Assembly (NCBI GenBank): GCA_963709585.1
Contig: CAVPXI010000006.1
Span: 256,001-320,000 of the forward strand
Origin: Candidatus Dormiibacterota bacterium
GTDB taxonomy: Bacteria; Chloroflexota; Dormibacteria; Aeolococcales; Aeolococcaceae
Length of the DNA: 64,000 bases
Direction of reading: 5' to 3'
Shown in pieces: positions 40,763 to 51,288 of the stretch. The notes below the pieces were generated by a model that was given only the letters and a program-made list of their open reading frames with translations, was not told the DNA's origin and made no database searches. Both the position numbers and the translations under genes were made by a program. The number at the start of each line of letters is the position of its first letter. Position 1 is the first letter of the stretch.

Positions 40763-42251
40763 ACGGCGCGATTCCCGACGTGACCCGGGAGGCCAGGTGG
40801 GCGGTTGACGAGCCGCTCGTCTTCGAGCTGAGCACCAACTACACGAGCGGCCCCGCAGTGACCGCCGCCGGCGTTCCGCCGACCGGCGGCCCCACGTCGG
40901 TGCCTGAGTCGCTGCTGCGCACCACGCCGCCGACCGTGCCCGCGGTGCCGGAAGCCGTGCTCGCGCGCCATTTCGGACGCCTTGCGCGGCGCAATCACAA
41001 CCTCCACGAGGGGATGTACCCGCTCGGCTCGTGCACGATGAAGTACAACCCCGTGGTCGACGAGCAGCTCGCGTGGCTCGACGGCTTTGCGCAGTTGCAC
41101 CCGTACCAGGACGAGGGGGACACCCAGGGCGCGCTGCAGTTGATGTGGGAGCTTGACCGCCTGCTCGCGTCGATCACCGGCATGGCGCGCATGTCACTCC
41201 AGCCCGCGGCCGGCGCGCACGGTGAGTGGACGGGTCTGCGCATGATCCAGGCGTACCACGCCGATCGTGGGGACACAGCTCGCACCCGCGTGCTCATCCC
41301 CGACTCGGCCCACGGCACCAACCCCGCGTCGGCCGCGGCGTGCGGCCTCGAGGTCGTGACCGTGAAGAGCAACCACGATGGCACGGTCGACGTCGAGGAT
41401 TTCTCGAGCCACCTCGACGCCACCGTGGCGGCGGTGATGCTCACCAATCCCAACACGCTCGGCGTCTTCGAGAAGGACATCGTGGAGATCGCCAAGCTCG
41501 GCACACGACGCCGGAGCGCTGGTGTACTACGACGGCGCGAACCTCAACGCGCTGGTCGGGATGGCGCGCCCGGGCGACATGGGCTTCGACGTCGTCCACC
41601 TCAACCTGCACAAGACGTTCTCGACCCCCCACGGTGGCGGCGGTCCCGGGGCCGGGCCGGTGGGCGTGGGCGATCGCCTGGTCGACTTCCTGCCGACCCC
41701 AACCGTCGAACGCGATGGCGAGCGTTACTTCCTCGACTACCAACGGCCGAAGAGCGTCGGGAAGGTGCGCTCCTACTACGGCAACTTCGGGATGCTCGTC
41801 CGCGCCTACGCGTATATCCGCGCCTACGGCGACCATCTTCCCTGGGTCGCGCGCGACGCGGTGCTCAACGCGCGCTACCTGCAGTCAAAGCTGGCCGGCC
41901 TGTTCGCAATGGCGGTCGAAACCCCATGCATGCACGAGTTCGTCGCCACCACCAAGGGCGGCCGTGTCGAGGGATTGCGCGCCATGGATGTCGCCAAGCG
42001 CCTGCTTGACTACGGGGTGTACGCGCCGACGGTGTACTTCCCGCTCACCGTTCCCGAGGCGCTGATGTTCGAGCCCACCGAAACCGAGTTCGAAGCAGAG
42101 CCTGGACGCATTCGCCGGCATCTGCGCGGCCATCGTCGACGAGGCGGAACGCGACCTCGCGTTCGTGCAGAACGCGCCTCATGACACCCCGGTGAGCCGC
42201 GTCGATGAGGTGCGCGCGGCGCGCCACCCCGTCTTGCGCTGGACTCCGTGA
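40759..42251 (+). CDS. gcvPB: Glycine dehydrogenase subunit 2; frameshifts near 41500 and 42089
   Basis: [57 protein letters not shown]. Confidence 0.93.
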
Positions 42252-42823
42252 CGACCGCGACCGACACCGACCTGCGTGAGGAGCTGCGCGAGCTCGTCGC
42301 CGTCAGGGCGTTCACGTACGGGACCTTCACGCTCACCAGTGGTCGCAGCAGCGATTACTACGTCGACGGCAAGCAGGTGACGCTCGACGGACGCGGGCTG
42401 TATCTGGTGGCGCGCTTCACGCTCGAGCATTGCCGCGAGCAGGGCATCGATGCGGTCGGCGGGTTGACGCTGGGCGCGGACCCGATTGCCGCCGCGACCG
42501 CTGCGCTGAGTGGCGACACCGATCATCCGTTGACAGCCTTCATCGTCCGCAAGGAGGTCAAGGCGCACGGCACCGGTCGCGCCATCGAGGGACCTGACCT
42601 GCGCCCAGGCCTGCGCGTGTTGCTCGTCGACGACACCATGACCACCGGCGGCACCTTCCTCCAGGCGCAGGAAGCAGTCGTGGCCACGGGTGCGACGATC
42701 GCCGGCGCACTCTGCGTCGTCGATCGCGAGGAGGGAGGGCGCGAGGCTCTCGAAGCTGCGGGGATCACGCTGCATGCGCTGTTTCAGCGCAGCGAGTTCA
42801 GCCCCCGAAAATCCCCCGCATAA
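42248..42823 (+). CDS. pyrE: Orotate phosphoribosyltransferase
   Basis: FTLTSG.SDYYVD, VRKEVKAHG, LVDDTMTTG, VDREEG. Confidence 0.94.
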   Translation: MTTATDTDLREELRELVAVRAFTYGTFTLTSGRSSDYYVDGKQVTLDGRGLYLVARFTLEHCREQGIDAVGGLTLGADPIAAATAALSGDTDHPLTAFIVRKEVKAHGTGRAIEGPDLRPGLRVLLVDDTMTTGGTFLQAQEAVVATGATIAGALCVVDREEGGREALEAAGITLHALFQRSEFSPRKSPA

Positions 42824-43556
42824 CGCCACCGGTGACCGCGCCCGCGGCACCCGCCTCCACCGCCTGACCCGGCGAGAACTCACCGAGCGACTGCGCGAGC
42901 TTCTGGAGGGGTAGGGACTGCAGCCACACGCGGCCCGGTCCGGTGAGCAGCGCCAGGAAGATGCCGTCGCCACCGAAGATCTTGTTCTTGATGCCCTTGA
43001 TGGTCGTGATGCTGAACTGCACGGTGTCCTGGAACAGACCGACGTGGGCCGGGTGCACGCGCAGGCTCTCGCCCGGCTTCAGGTCGTAGGTCAGGACCTC
43101 GCCGCTGAGCTCACACCACGCGCGTCCCTGGCCGGTGATCTTCTCGAGCCGGAACCCGTCACCGCCGAACAATCCAGCACCGAGGTGCTGCTGGAATCCG
43201 ACCGAGAGCTGGACTCCGTGAACCCCGCAGACGAATGAATGCCGGTGTCCGAGGAAGCCCATTCCCGGTTGGGGCGCGACGTCGAGCGGAAAGATCATGC
43301 CGGGGAGACGGGCCGCGAAGGCGACCATGCCCGGTTGTCCCTGCGCCGAGTATTCGCTCATGAAGATCGAGCTGCCCCCGAGGGCGCGCTTGAACACGCC
43401 CCCGACGCCGCCAGCACCGCCCATCTGGGTCGAGGTCTGCATGACGATCGACTGCGTCATCCAGGAGAGCTCTCCAGACTCGGAGAAGATCGCCTCGCCC
43501 GGGTCGAGGGTGATCTCGAGTACGGGCATGGTGGAGCCGATGATCCGGTCCTGCAT
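42798..43556 (-). CDS. AIM24 / TIGR00266 family protein
   Basis: IIGSTMP, ESG.LSWM, FGGDG, GPGRVWLQSLP. Confidence 0.88.
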   Translation of the reverse strand: MQDRIIGSTMPVLEITLDPGEAIFSESGELSWMTQSIVMQTSTQMGGAGGVGGVFKRALGGSSIFMSEYSAQGQPGMVAFAARLPGMIFPLDVAPQPGMGFLGHRHSFVCGVHGVQLSVGFQQHLGAGLFGGDGFRLEKITGQGRAWCELSGEVLTYDLKPGESLRVHPAHVGLFQDTVQFSITTIKGIKNKIFGGDGIFLALLTGPGRVWLQSLPLQKLAQSLGEFSPGQAVEAGAAGAVTGGVMRGIFGG

Positions 43557-43622
43557 CAGATAGTCCTCCCAGCTGCTGGTGTCGTGCGGAGTTTATCCGG
43601 GCGTAGTGCCATCGGAAGCGAT

Positions 43623-44846
43623 TCAGGCCAAACCGCGTCCCTGGTGGTCGAATCGGGTGTGGTGCTCTCCCAGGAGGTCGGCGCCGTAGTCACCGCCATT
43701 CGGCGTGCGAATGATGGTGTGGATGTGATGCCGCGACGGCTCGGGATTGTCGAATGCCACACCGGGAAGGTGCTCGAACTCGATCAGCACGACGGGGCTG
43801 TGCAGCCGGTAGTAGAAGGGGTCGGTGGGACCGGTGCCGCCCATCCAGGCGAACCAGGTCTCGTCGAGATGCTGGGCAACTTCGGCCATCTTCACCGTTG
43901 CGTAGCCTTCCTCCGTCCACCCGACATAGGCGCCGACCGCGTCCACCAGTCTGGCCCGCTGGGCATCCGAGAAGCCGTCGGCTCGGATACCGCAGTCTGG
44001 AACCACGGCGTTGTCGCGGAAGGCACCGGTCTGCGTCAGGTTGTCGACTGGATGCCGCAAGTGGGCTGGAACTGCCTCCGGCATGATCGACGCATATCGG
44101 ACCGCCGCCTGTTGCTGATCGGCATCGAGCGACCGGATCAGGTCGAGGCCGGCACGCTCCTCGACATCGAGCACTCGAATCCCGGCAAATTGACCGGCTC
44201 GGCCTGCGCACGGCTCAGAACCCATGAATATCGGCGTCATCGCCAATTCGTTGCCGACGACGACGCAATTGATCGCCAGGTGGTGCCCGTCGAATTGGAA
44301 TCCCCACGGCGCATCCACAGCGGGCACGCCAAAGAAGGACGCGAAATACGGCCACTCCCCGTAATCTTCGGCCCGTCCGGTCAACTCGGCCAGCAGGTCA
44401 TTGAGGCGCATGATCCCGCGAGCCTGCGAATAGCCACGGGTCGACAGCGTGACCCGGAGCAAGTCGAGGAATGCGTTCCGCTGAATTGTCGAGAGCTCCT
44501 CGAGCATGACGCCGTGTCGATACACGTTGATGTGCGGGTTGAACCATGTCCGCCATTGGTTCGACCCAAACGGAAAGCTCAAGCGCGAGCGCGTCGGTGT
44601 GTCCAACAAACCCAGAAATCGCGCGGCAGCCTCTCGGATCGCTTCGGTCGCCACGCCTGTGCGCATCCGGCTGCGAGTTGGAACGACACCATCGGTCGTG
44701 ACCCCGCGGAATGGTTCAGCGAGCGCGGCATCGTTCTCTGCGAGAAACGGCGCAAAGATCTGAGCCACTTCCGGAATCTCTCGAACCGGCGAACGCGCCG
44801 ACATCGACGGGGCCTCGCGAACACCGAACTCGGTCCAATCGCTCAA
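43623..44846 (-). CDS. DUF3500 family protein
   Basis: WGFQFDGHHLAIN, TP.FMG.EP, YYRLHSP, HIHTIIR.PNGGDYG. Confidence 0.87.
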   Translation of the reverse strand: MSDWTEFGVREAPSMSARSPVREIPEVAQIFAPFLAENDAALAEPFRGVTTDGVVPTRSRMRTGVATEAIREAAARFLGLLDTPTRSRLSFPFGSNQWRTWFNPHINVYRHGVMLEELSTIQRNAFLDLLRVTLSTRGYSQARGIMRLNDLLAELTGRAEDYGEWPYFASFFGVPAVDAPWGFQFDGHHLAINCVVVGNELAMTPIFMGSEPCAGRAGQFAGIRVLDVEERAGLDLIRSLDADQQQAAVRYASIMPEAVPAHLRHPVDNLTQTGAFRDNAVVPDCGIRADGFSDAQRARLVDAVGAYVGWTEEGYATVKMAEVAQHLDETWFAWMGGTGPTDPFYYRLHSPVVLIEFEHLPGVAFDNPEPSRHHIHTIIRTPNGGDYGADLLGEHHTRFDHQGRGLA

Positions 44847-45020
44847 TCTCTCGCTCCGTCTCGGTACAACTCATGCTGATCGAGACCGAAGATCCGGCCG
44901 CGAACGGCAAAGCGCAAGGTTACCTGTCTGGCGGGGGTCGGCACGGAACACCAAAGGGAATCCCTTCGCCCTTGGTGGTGGGTACCATTCCGGACGATCG
45001 GGCTTTGGTAGGAGGCGCGG

Positions 45021-48000
45021 GTGGTCTGTTCCAACTGCGGTGGTAGCAATGCTCCCGAGCGCAAGTTCTGTGGCGAATGCGGGGTAGCCCTGGCTCGGGT
45101 CTGCGCAGCGTGCGGTGCAGCGAATGCAGTTGCCGTCAAATTCTGCGGTGAGTGCGGAGCCCCCATGGGAGCGCTCGGCGAGGCGGACCAAACCGCACCA
45201 CCAAGACCTGCCGCGCCTGTTCATCGGCCCGCCGCCGTCGTTGCCGAGATCCGTTTGGTCTCGGTGCTGTTCGCGGACCTCGTCGGGTTCACAGCGCTCT
45301 CGGAGTCTCGGGATCCTGAGGAGGTACGGGAGCTGCTGTCCCGGTACTTCGACGTCTGCCGTGAGCTGATCGAGCGCTACGGGGGCACGGTCGAGAAGTT
45401 CATCGGGGATGCTGTCATGGCGGTGTGGGGCGCACCGGCGGCCACGGAGGATGACGCCGAGCGAGCGGTGCGGACCGCGCTGGAACTGGTTGCGGCGGTA
45501 GCGTCGCTCGGCGCCGAGGTCGGCGCCCCCACCCTGCGCGCCCGGGCGGGAGTGCTGACCGGAGAAGCAGCGGTGACGCTGGGCGCAACCGGCCAGGGCA
45601 TGGTCGCCGGGGACCTGGTGAACACCGCGTCCCGTTTGCAGGCCGCTGCCGAGCCGGGCAGCGTGCTGGTGGGCGAGGCGACCAGGCGCGCCGCCGGCCA
45701 GGCGATCGCCTTCACCGACCTCGACCCGCTCACCCTCAAGGGCAAGGCGGAGCCGGTACCGGTCTGGCGGGCCGAGCGAGTGGTGGCCCAGCGCCGAGGG
45801 GTGGGCCGATCAGAGCGAGCCGAGCCGCCCTTTGTCGGCCGGGAGGAGGAGCTCCGTCTCCTCAAGGAGTTACTCCACGCCACCATTCGAGAGCAGCGTG
45901 TCCGACTGGTGTCGGCGACCGGTCTCGCCGGGATCGGCAAGAGCCGTCTCGCGTGGGAGTTCCTCAAATACGTGGACGGTCTGGCCGCCACCGTCTACTG
46001 GCAGCAGGGCCGCTCCCCGTCCTACGGTGAGGGGATCACCTTCTGGGCGCTCGGGGAGATGGTTCGCATGCGGGCGGGGATCACCGAGGGTGAGGATCCC
46101 TCCGAGGCGCGCGCCAAACTGGCCGCCTCGGTGGGCGAGTTCGTCTCGGAGCCAGAGGAACGCCGCTGGGTGGAGCAGGCGCTCGGCTCCCTGCTGGGGC
46201 TCGCCGACGCGCCCGGCGGCGACCGCGAGGAGCTCTTCTCCGCCTGGCGCACCTTCTTCGAGCGCATCGCCGAACGCGGTCCGACGGTGCTGGTGTTCGA
46301 GGATCTGCAATGGGCGGACCCTGGATTGATCGACTTCATAGAGTCGATCGTCGAGTGGTCGCGGACCCGGGCCATCTTCGTGCTCACCCTGTCGCGACCG
46401 GAGCTGCTCCAGCGGCGCCCCACCTGGGGGGCGGGGCAACGCTCATTCACCGCCCTGCACCTCGAGCCGCTGGCGCCGGGGGCAATGGCAGCGTTGCTGC
46501 GTGGCTTCGTCGCGGGGCTGCCGGAGAGGGTGGTGGAGCAGGTGCTGCAGCGCGCCGAAGGAGTGCCCCTCTATGCCGTGGAGACGATCCGGATGATGGT
46601 CGACAGAGGGCAGTTGGCGGAACGCGACGGGGTGCTGACCGTGACGGGAACGCTCGGGGCGCTCGAGATTCCCGACACGCTGCATGCGCTCATCGCATCT
46701 CGCCTCGACGGGGTGTCTCCCGTCGAACGGTCACTGCTTCAGGACGCCGCCGTGCTCGGTCAGAGCTGCTCGATCTCCGCGCTGGCGGCGGTGTCGGGCC
46801 GAGACCCCGCCGCCCTTGCGACGCCGCTTAGGGACCTGGTGCGCAAGGAATTGCTGGCGCTCGACACCGACCCCCGCTCCCCGGAGCGAGGCCAGTACGG
46901 CTTCGTCCAGGGGCTGATCCGGGAGGTCGCCTATGGCACGCTGGCGAAGCCGGAGCGCCGGGCCAAGCATGTCGCCGCAGCCGGGTACTTCGAGGGCTTG
47001 GATGACGAGGAGCTGGTGGGCGTAGTGGCGACGCACTACGCCGAAGCGCAGCGCGCCACCGCCGAGGGCCCGGAGCGGGACTCGCTGGCGGCACGGGCCC
47101 GTGAGTGGCTCACCCGCGCGGGGCGACGAGCATTGGCGCTGGGGTCGCCGGAGCAGGCCCTCACCTACCTGGAGCAGGCGCTGGCGCTGACCCAGGACCC
47201 GGCGGAGCGGGCGGCGCTCCTGGACACAGCCGGCGACGCCGCCTTCCGAACCGACGCATTCGAGCGCGCTGTGGCTCACCTAGAGGCTGCGATCACGGCA
47301 CACAGGGGCGCAGCGGACGCTGACGCCGTCGGTCGCAGCACAGCCCGGCTCGTCGAGGTTCTCGGCATCGGACTGGAGCGAATCGCCGACGCCATCACCC
47401 GGGCGCAGGATGTCTTCACCGAGCTCGGAGATACGGGAAGCGAGCGAGCCCGAGCCGACCTGGCTGCCATGATTGCCTCACTGCGGAGCGGCTCCGGGGC
47501 GTCTGAGCAGGCCCTCGCCTGGGCGGAGACCGCCTGCACGCTCGCTGAACGCCTCGACGACACAGATCTGCTTGGGCGCGCCATCGGTGCGAAGTCCGCA
47601 GTGCTGTTCCGTGTCGGGCGCCACCGTGAGGCCGTGATGCTGGCTCGCGGGCGCATGGCCCTCGCCGAGTCCGCCGGCTCCCTCGTCGAGCAGGCGTTGG
47701 CGAGCCTGTACGTGTCCATCTTTGCGCTCGATGAGGATCCCCGCGAGGCGATCAGACTGCAGCTCACGTCGGCTGAACTGGCGCGACGAGCCGGCGTTCG
47801 CAACCTCGAGACCGTGAACCTGCTTAACGCCGCGGAGGGAGCGACCAACCTGGGGCAATGGGACGACGCCCGAGCGGCGCTGATCGCCCTCCGCCAGCGG
47901 GAGCTGCCCAGTCCACGCCAAACCCAGCTCGAGCTCTGCGAAGCGGTGCTGACGGCGCTCAGCGGGGACACTGCCCTTGCCTTCGAGCGGCTGGAGGCGA

Positions 48001-48533
48001 CCGCCGACGCCGATGGGAGCGAGGACATGACGGCGCGCGCCAACGGCCATCTTGCTCGAGCCGAAGTGTTTCTGGCCACCGGCGATCTCGAAACGGCCCA
48101 CCGTCACGCATCCGCCGCGCTGGCGGCTGAGCCGTCGGGGATCAACAGCCCAGCGGCTCTGGCGATCCAACAGCGCGCAGCACTGTGGCTGGGCGACCTC
48201 GAGCGAGCTCGCGAAGCGCTCACAGGCATGCAGGCCTTTCGCGGCCGCTGGATGGCGGCAGTACGGATGACTGCGGAGGCAGGGGTCGCGGCCCTCGAAG
48301 AGCGGCACGACGAGGCGGCGACGGCCTACGCCGGCGCCCTCGACGCCTGGCGCGCGATCAACTCGCCTCTCGATCTCGCCCTCTGCGCCCTCGACCGGGC
48401 AACACTCCGCGGGTCCGACCCCGCTGCGGGAGGCGAGGACGACGAGGCTCGAGAGATCTTCACCAGGATCGGTGCCGCCCCGTTTCTCGCGCGACTCGAT
48501 CGGGCCGCCGCCGCCGCACGCAAGGCCGGGTGA
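45021..48533 (+). CDS. Double zinc-ribbon + class III cyclase + AAA ATPase + TPR (STAND-like) protein
   Basis: CxxC...CGECG twice; FADLVGFT, KFIGDAV, VNTASRL; GLAGIGKS, FEDLQWAD; helical repeats. Confidence 0.92.
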   Translation: MVCSNCGGSNAPERKFCGECGVALARVCAACGAANAVAVKFCGECGAPMGALGEADQTAPPRPAAPVHRPAAVVAEIRLVSVLFADLVGFTALSESRDPEEVRELLSRYFDVCRELIERYGGTVEKFIGDAVMAVWGAPAATEDDAERAVRTALELVAAVASLGAEVGAPTLRARAGVLTGEAAVTLGATGQGMVAGDLVNTASRLQAAAEPGSVLVGEATRRAAGQAIAFTDLDPLTLKGKAEPVPVWRAERVVAQRRGVGRSERAEPPFVGREEELRLLKELLHATIREQRVRLVSATGLAGIGKSRLAWEFLKYVDGLAATVYWQQGRSPSYGEGITFWALGEMVRMRAGITEGEDPSEARAKLAASVGEFVSEPEERRWVEQALGSLLGLADAPGGDREELFSAWRTFFERIAERGPTVLVFEDLQWADPGLIDFIESIVEWSRTRAIFVLTLSRPELLQRRPTWGAGQRSFTALHLEPLAPGAMAALLRGFVAGLPERVVEQVLQRAEGVPLYAVETIRMMVDRGQLAERDGVLTVTGTLGALEIPDTLHALIASRLDGVSPVERSLLQDAAVLGQSCSISALAAVSGRDPAALATPLRDLVRKELLALDTDPRSPERGQYGFVQGLIREVAYGTLAKPERRAKHVAAAGYFEGLDDEELVGVVATHYAEAQRATAEGPERDSLAARAREWLTRAGRRALALGSPEQALTYLEQALALTQDPAERAALLDTAGDAAFRTDAFERAVAHLEAAITAHRGAADADAVGRSTARLVEVLGIGLERIADAITRAQDVFTELGDTGSERARADLAAMIASLRSGSGASEQALAWAETACTLAERLDDTDLLGRAIGAKSAVLFRVGRHREAVMLARGRMALAESAGSLVEQALASLYVSIFALDEDPREAIRLQLTSAELARRAGVRNLETVNLLNAAEGATNLGQWDDARAALIALRQRELPSPRQTQLELCEAVLTALSGDTALAFERLEATADADGSEDMTARANGHLARAEVFLATGDLETAHRHASAALAAEPSGINSPAALAIQQRAALWLGDLERAREALTGMQAFRGRWMAAVRMTAEAGVAALEERHDEAATAYAGALDAWRAINSPLDLALCALDRATLRGSDPAAGGEDDEAREIFTRIGAAPFLARLDRAAAAARKAG

Positions 48534-48552
48534 TCCGTGCCGGGTCAGCCGA

Positions 48553-49746
48553 TCACAACCCCAGCGCCGTCTTGGCGATGATCTCCTTCATCACCTCGTC
48601 GGTGCCGCCGCCGATGCGGACGAGGCGCGAATCGCGGAAGTATCGGGAGATAGCGGTCTCGGCCATATAGCCCATGCCGCCATGGAGTTGCAGACACGTG
48701 TCGGCGACGAGCGTCGTGACCCGTCCGACCAGGAGCTTCGCCATCGAGATCTCGGTCACCGGGTATTCGTCGCGGTTCCAGCGCTCGGCGACGCTGTAGA
48801 CGAAGTTCTTGGCAACCGTGATCTCGGTGTAGAGGTCGACGAGCTTGTGGCGGTTGACCTGGAGTTTCCCGATCGGCCGGCCGAACGCCTCGCGCTCCTT
48901 GCACCACGCCAGGGTCTCCTCAAAGGCCACCTCGGCGCCGGCGATCGAGCCCGCAGAGCCGATCAGGCGCTCGCCCTGCAACTCCCACATCAGGTTGTAG
49001 AAACCCTGTCCGACCTCGCCGAGGACCGCGTCGTCATCGACCTCGACATCGTTGAAGGAAAGCTCGGCCGTGTCGCTCGAATGCATGCCGAGCTTCTTCA
49101 GCTTTCGCGAAACGGTGAAGCCCGGAAGGTTCTTGTCGACGAGGAACAGCGTGATCCCGTGAGCACCGTCAGCCTGCGCGCCGGTGCGCGCGACCAGCAG
49201 GATGAAGTCGCAACGCACCCCATTGGTGATGTAGAGCTTGCTGCCGTTGATCCGCCAGTGGCCGTCGACGCGGTCGGCGCGGGTCCGGATGCTCGCGACG
49301 TCGCTGCCCGCGTCGGGTTCGGTGATGCCCAGCGCGGCGATCTTCTCCCCCTTGATCGCCGGGACGAGGTATCGCTGCTTCTGTTCCTCCGTGCCCCATT
49401 TGAGGATCGGGGGCGTGGCCATCTCGCTGTGCACGCTGATCGCCATGCCGACCCCGCCCGATCCGCAGCGGGCCATCTCCTCGGCGAGGACGATGGCGCT
49501 GAAGTAGTCGCCCCCCTGGCCGCCGTACTGTTCCGGATAGCGCAGTCCGAGCAGCCCGAGCTCGCCCATCCGTGTGAACACGCTGTCCGGAAAGCCCTCG
49601 GCCGCCTCCCATTCATCGGCATGCGGGCGCAATTCCCTGGTCACGAAATCGCGCACCGTCTCCCGGAGGGCGTCGTGCTCGGCCGAGAAATGCAAGAGCG
49701 AACGCCTCCTGGGCTGGACGATTGACCGCGATGCCAATTCTGTCAC
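48553..49746 (-). CDS. Acyl-CoA dehydrogenase
   Basis: ITEPDAGSD, NGSKLYITNG, KLGMHSSDT, LQLHGGMGY, IGGGTDE; start uncertain. Confidence 0.94.
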   Translation of the reverse strand: MTELASRSIVQPRRRSLLHFSAEHDALRETVRDFVTRELRPHADEWEAAEGFPDSVFTRMGELGLLGLRYPEQYGGQGGDYFSAIVLAEEMARCGSGGVGMAISVHSEMATPPILKWGTEEQKQRYLVPAIKGEKIAALGITEPDAGSDVASIRTRADRVDGHWRINGSKLYITNGVRCDFILLVARTGAQADGAHGITLFLVDKNLPGFTVSRKLKKLGMHSSDTAELSFNDVEVDDDAVLGEVGQGFYNLMWELQGERLIGSAGSIAGAEVAFEETLAWCKEREAFGRPIGKLQVNRHKLVDLYTEITVAKNFVYSVAERWNRDEYPVTEISMAKLLVGRVTTLVADTCLQLHGGMGYMAETAISRYFRDSRLVRIGGGTDEVMKEIIAKTALGL

Positions 49747-49785
49747 GCGCCGATTGACGCCGAGGCTGCCCCTAGGATGGTGAGG

Positions 49786-50502
49786 ATGCCTCGGACCCGG
49801 TCCCCCGTCCTCTGGCTCGCCGGCGTCACCCTGGTGCTCCTTGCAGCCTGCTCGGGGGCGCCCACGCCGACGCCGCCGACCCGGCGCGCGACGCCGACGC
49901 CCACCCCAACGCCGTCGCCCACGCCACTTCCCGCAGACACCATGTCAGTCGGAGTGCTGGGGCTCGGCGTCGGAACGTTCGACCTCGCTGCGATCCCGGT
50001 CGCCACCCTCAAAAACAACGCCAGGTTCCACGGGGCTTCAGCGGTGGTCGTCCACTTCGTGACCCGACGCTCCGGCCGGACGCTCGGTTCCCTCGATTCG
50101 GTGCCAGTCAACCTGGGGCCCGGCGAGACGCTGGCGGTGACCGCCGACTGCACCGACGCCTGCAACGGCGCCACCGGGGTCAAAGCGACGGTCACGGTCG
50201 CCTCGTGGCCGACCAGCCTTGGGCCTGTTTTCACCGCAGCCTCGGTCGCCTACGCCTGCCAGCCATGCCACTCGGGTCACGGCTACGGCGAGGTCAGGGC
50301 GACGCTGACGCCTTCGCCGGCAGTGTCGGCCGGTGTGGCGGTGGTCGGATTCGCGGTCTGCGAGAACCGCGCGGGGGTGATCCTGGGAGGAGGCTCCGAG
50401 CAGTTCGTCTGGGTGGCGGGATCGACGCTAGAGGCGGACGTCCCGGTGGTGCTCAACGCGGCGCCATCCTCCTGCTCGCTCGGCGCGTCCACCGGCTGGT
50501 AA
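49786..50502 (+). CDS. Hypothetical lipoprotein
   Basis: Lipobox LAAC, PT-rich linker, paired Cys; TAGGAT 7 nt before the ATG. Confidence 0.75.
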   Translation: MPRTRSPVLWLAGVTLVLLAACSGAPTPTPPTRRATPTPTPTPSPTPLPADTMSVGVLGLGVGTFDLAAIPVATLKNNARFHGASAVVVHFVTRRSGRTLGSLDSVPVNLGPGETLAVTADCTDACNGATGVKATVTVASWPTSLGPVFTAASVAYACQPCHSGHGYGEVRATLTPSPAVSAGVAVVGFAVCENRAGVILGGGSEQFVWVAGSTLEADVPVVLNAAPSSCSLGASTGW

Positions 50503-50527
50503 GACGCGAGCGCTCCGTTTGGGAGAG

Positions 50528-50683
50528 TTGCAGCAGCAAGTACCCGGTGTGATAGGGTCGCCGAGGTTCAGGTCCGCCTGGGTGTCGTCGAGACGAGAGT
50601 CTCCAGAGGGGCATCAGGGGGCCGAGTTCAAGCCCGGTCAGGGGTGAGATGGCCGGAGCCCGACCAAACAGGAGTGATCCGCC
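50528..50683 (+). promoter_or_regulatory. Promoter plus structured ~120-nt 5' leader (candidate cis-regulatory RNA)
   Basis: TTGCAG / TGaTAGGGT; hairpins CAGG-tccg-CCTG, GAGAC-GAGA-GTCTC, CCGGTCA..TGGCCGG; AGGAG RBS. Confidence 0.4.
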
Positions 50684-51259
50684 TTGCATTTACCCAAGCG
50701 GGCACGTGGACTGGTTCTTGGCTGCCTCATGATGGTGGCGGGACCGGCGACCGCAGTGCTCATCACGACGCCCACCCAGGGGGCACCGACGTCGGCTGCA
50801 CTCGTCCGTTCGTCAGTCGGTGAGGTCGATCGCCTCGCCAACGTGACCACCCACCCGATGATGCTTCGGGTTCGCTCCGCGATGCTCGTGAGCGTCGCAT
50901 TGCCCGTCGCCAAGCCCAAGCCTGCGGTCCGGCGGCACCCCCGCGTGGTCCGTCCGGGCTTCGTGGTCCCGAGTGGCCTGTCGGTCAGTCAGGCGCAGGT
51001 CGTCGCCGACATCACCGCCGCCGCCGAGCACTGGGGTGTCAGCGTCACCTGGATGCTCAAGACGGCCAACTGCGAATCGCACTTCCACTGGAATTCGGTC
51101 AATCCGAGCGGGCCGTACATCGGCGTCTTCCAGTTCCTGATGTCGACGTTCATCGCCAACGGCGGGACCGCGGCAACGATCTGGAATCCGGTGGCACAGG
51201 CCAATATCGCCGCGAAGATGTTCGCCCACGGTCAGGCGCACGAGTGGTCCTGCGCCTGA
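50684..51259 (+). CDS. Secreted transglycosylase-like (SLT/Rpf-like) protein
   Basis: Signal peptide; ANCES, GVFQFLMSTF, ANIAA..., EWSC. Confidence 0.8.
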   Translation: MHLPKRARGLVLGCLMMVAGPATAVLITTPTQGAPTSAALVRSSVGEVDRLANVTTHPMMLRVRSAMLVSVALPVAKPKPAVRRHPRVVRPGFVVPSGLSVSQAQVVADITAAAEHWGVSVTWMLKTANCESHFHWNSVNPSGPYIGVFQFLMSTFIANGGTAATIWNPVAQANIAAKMFAHGQAHEWSCA

Positions 51260-51288
51260 ATCCCTCGTAGGGGCGTCACACTCAGACG

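Noticed and set aside
50555-50670. Canonical c-di-AMP (ydaO) riboswitch
   Set aside because: It lacks the GGGGAACC and ACAGCUAAC-type conserved segments; kept only as an unnamed candidate leader.
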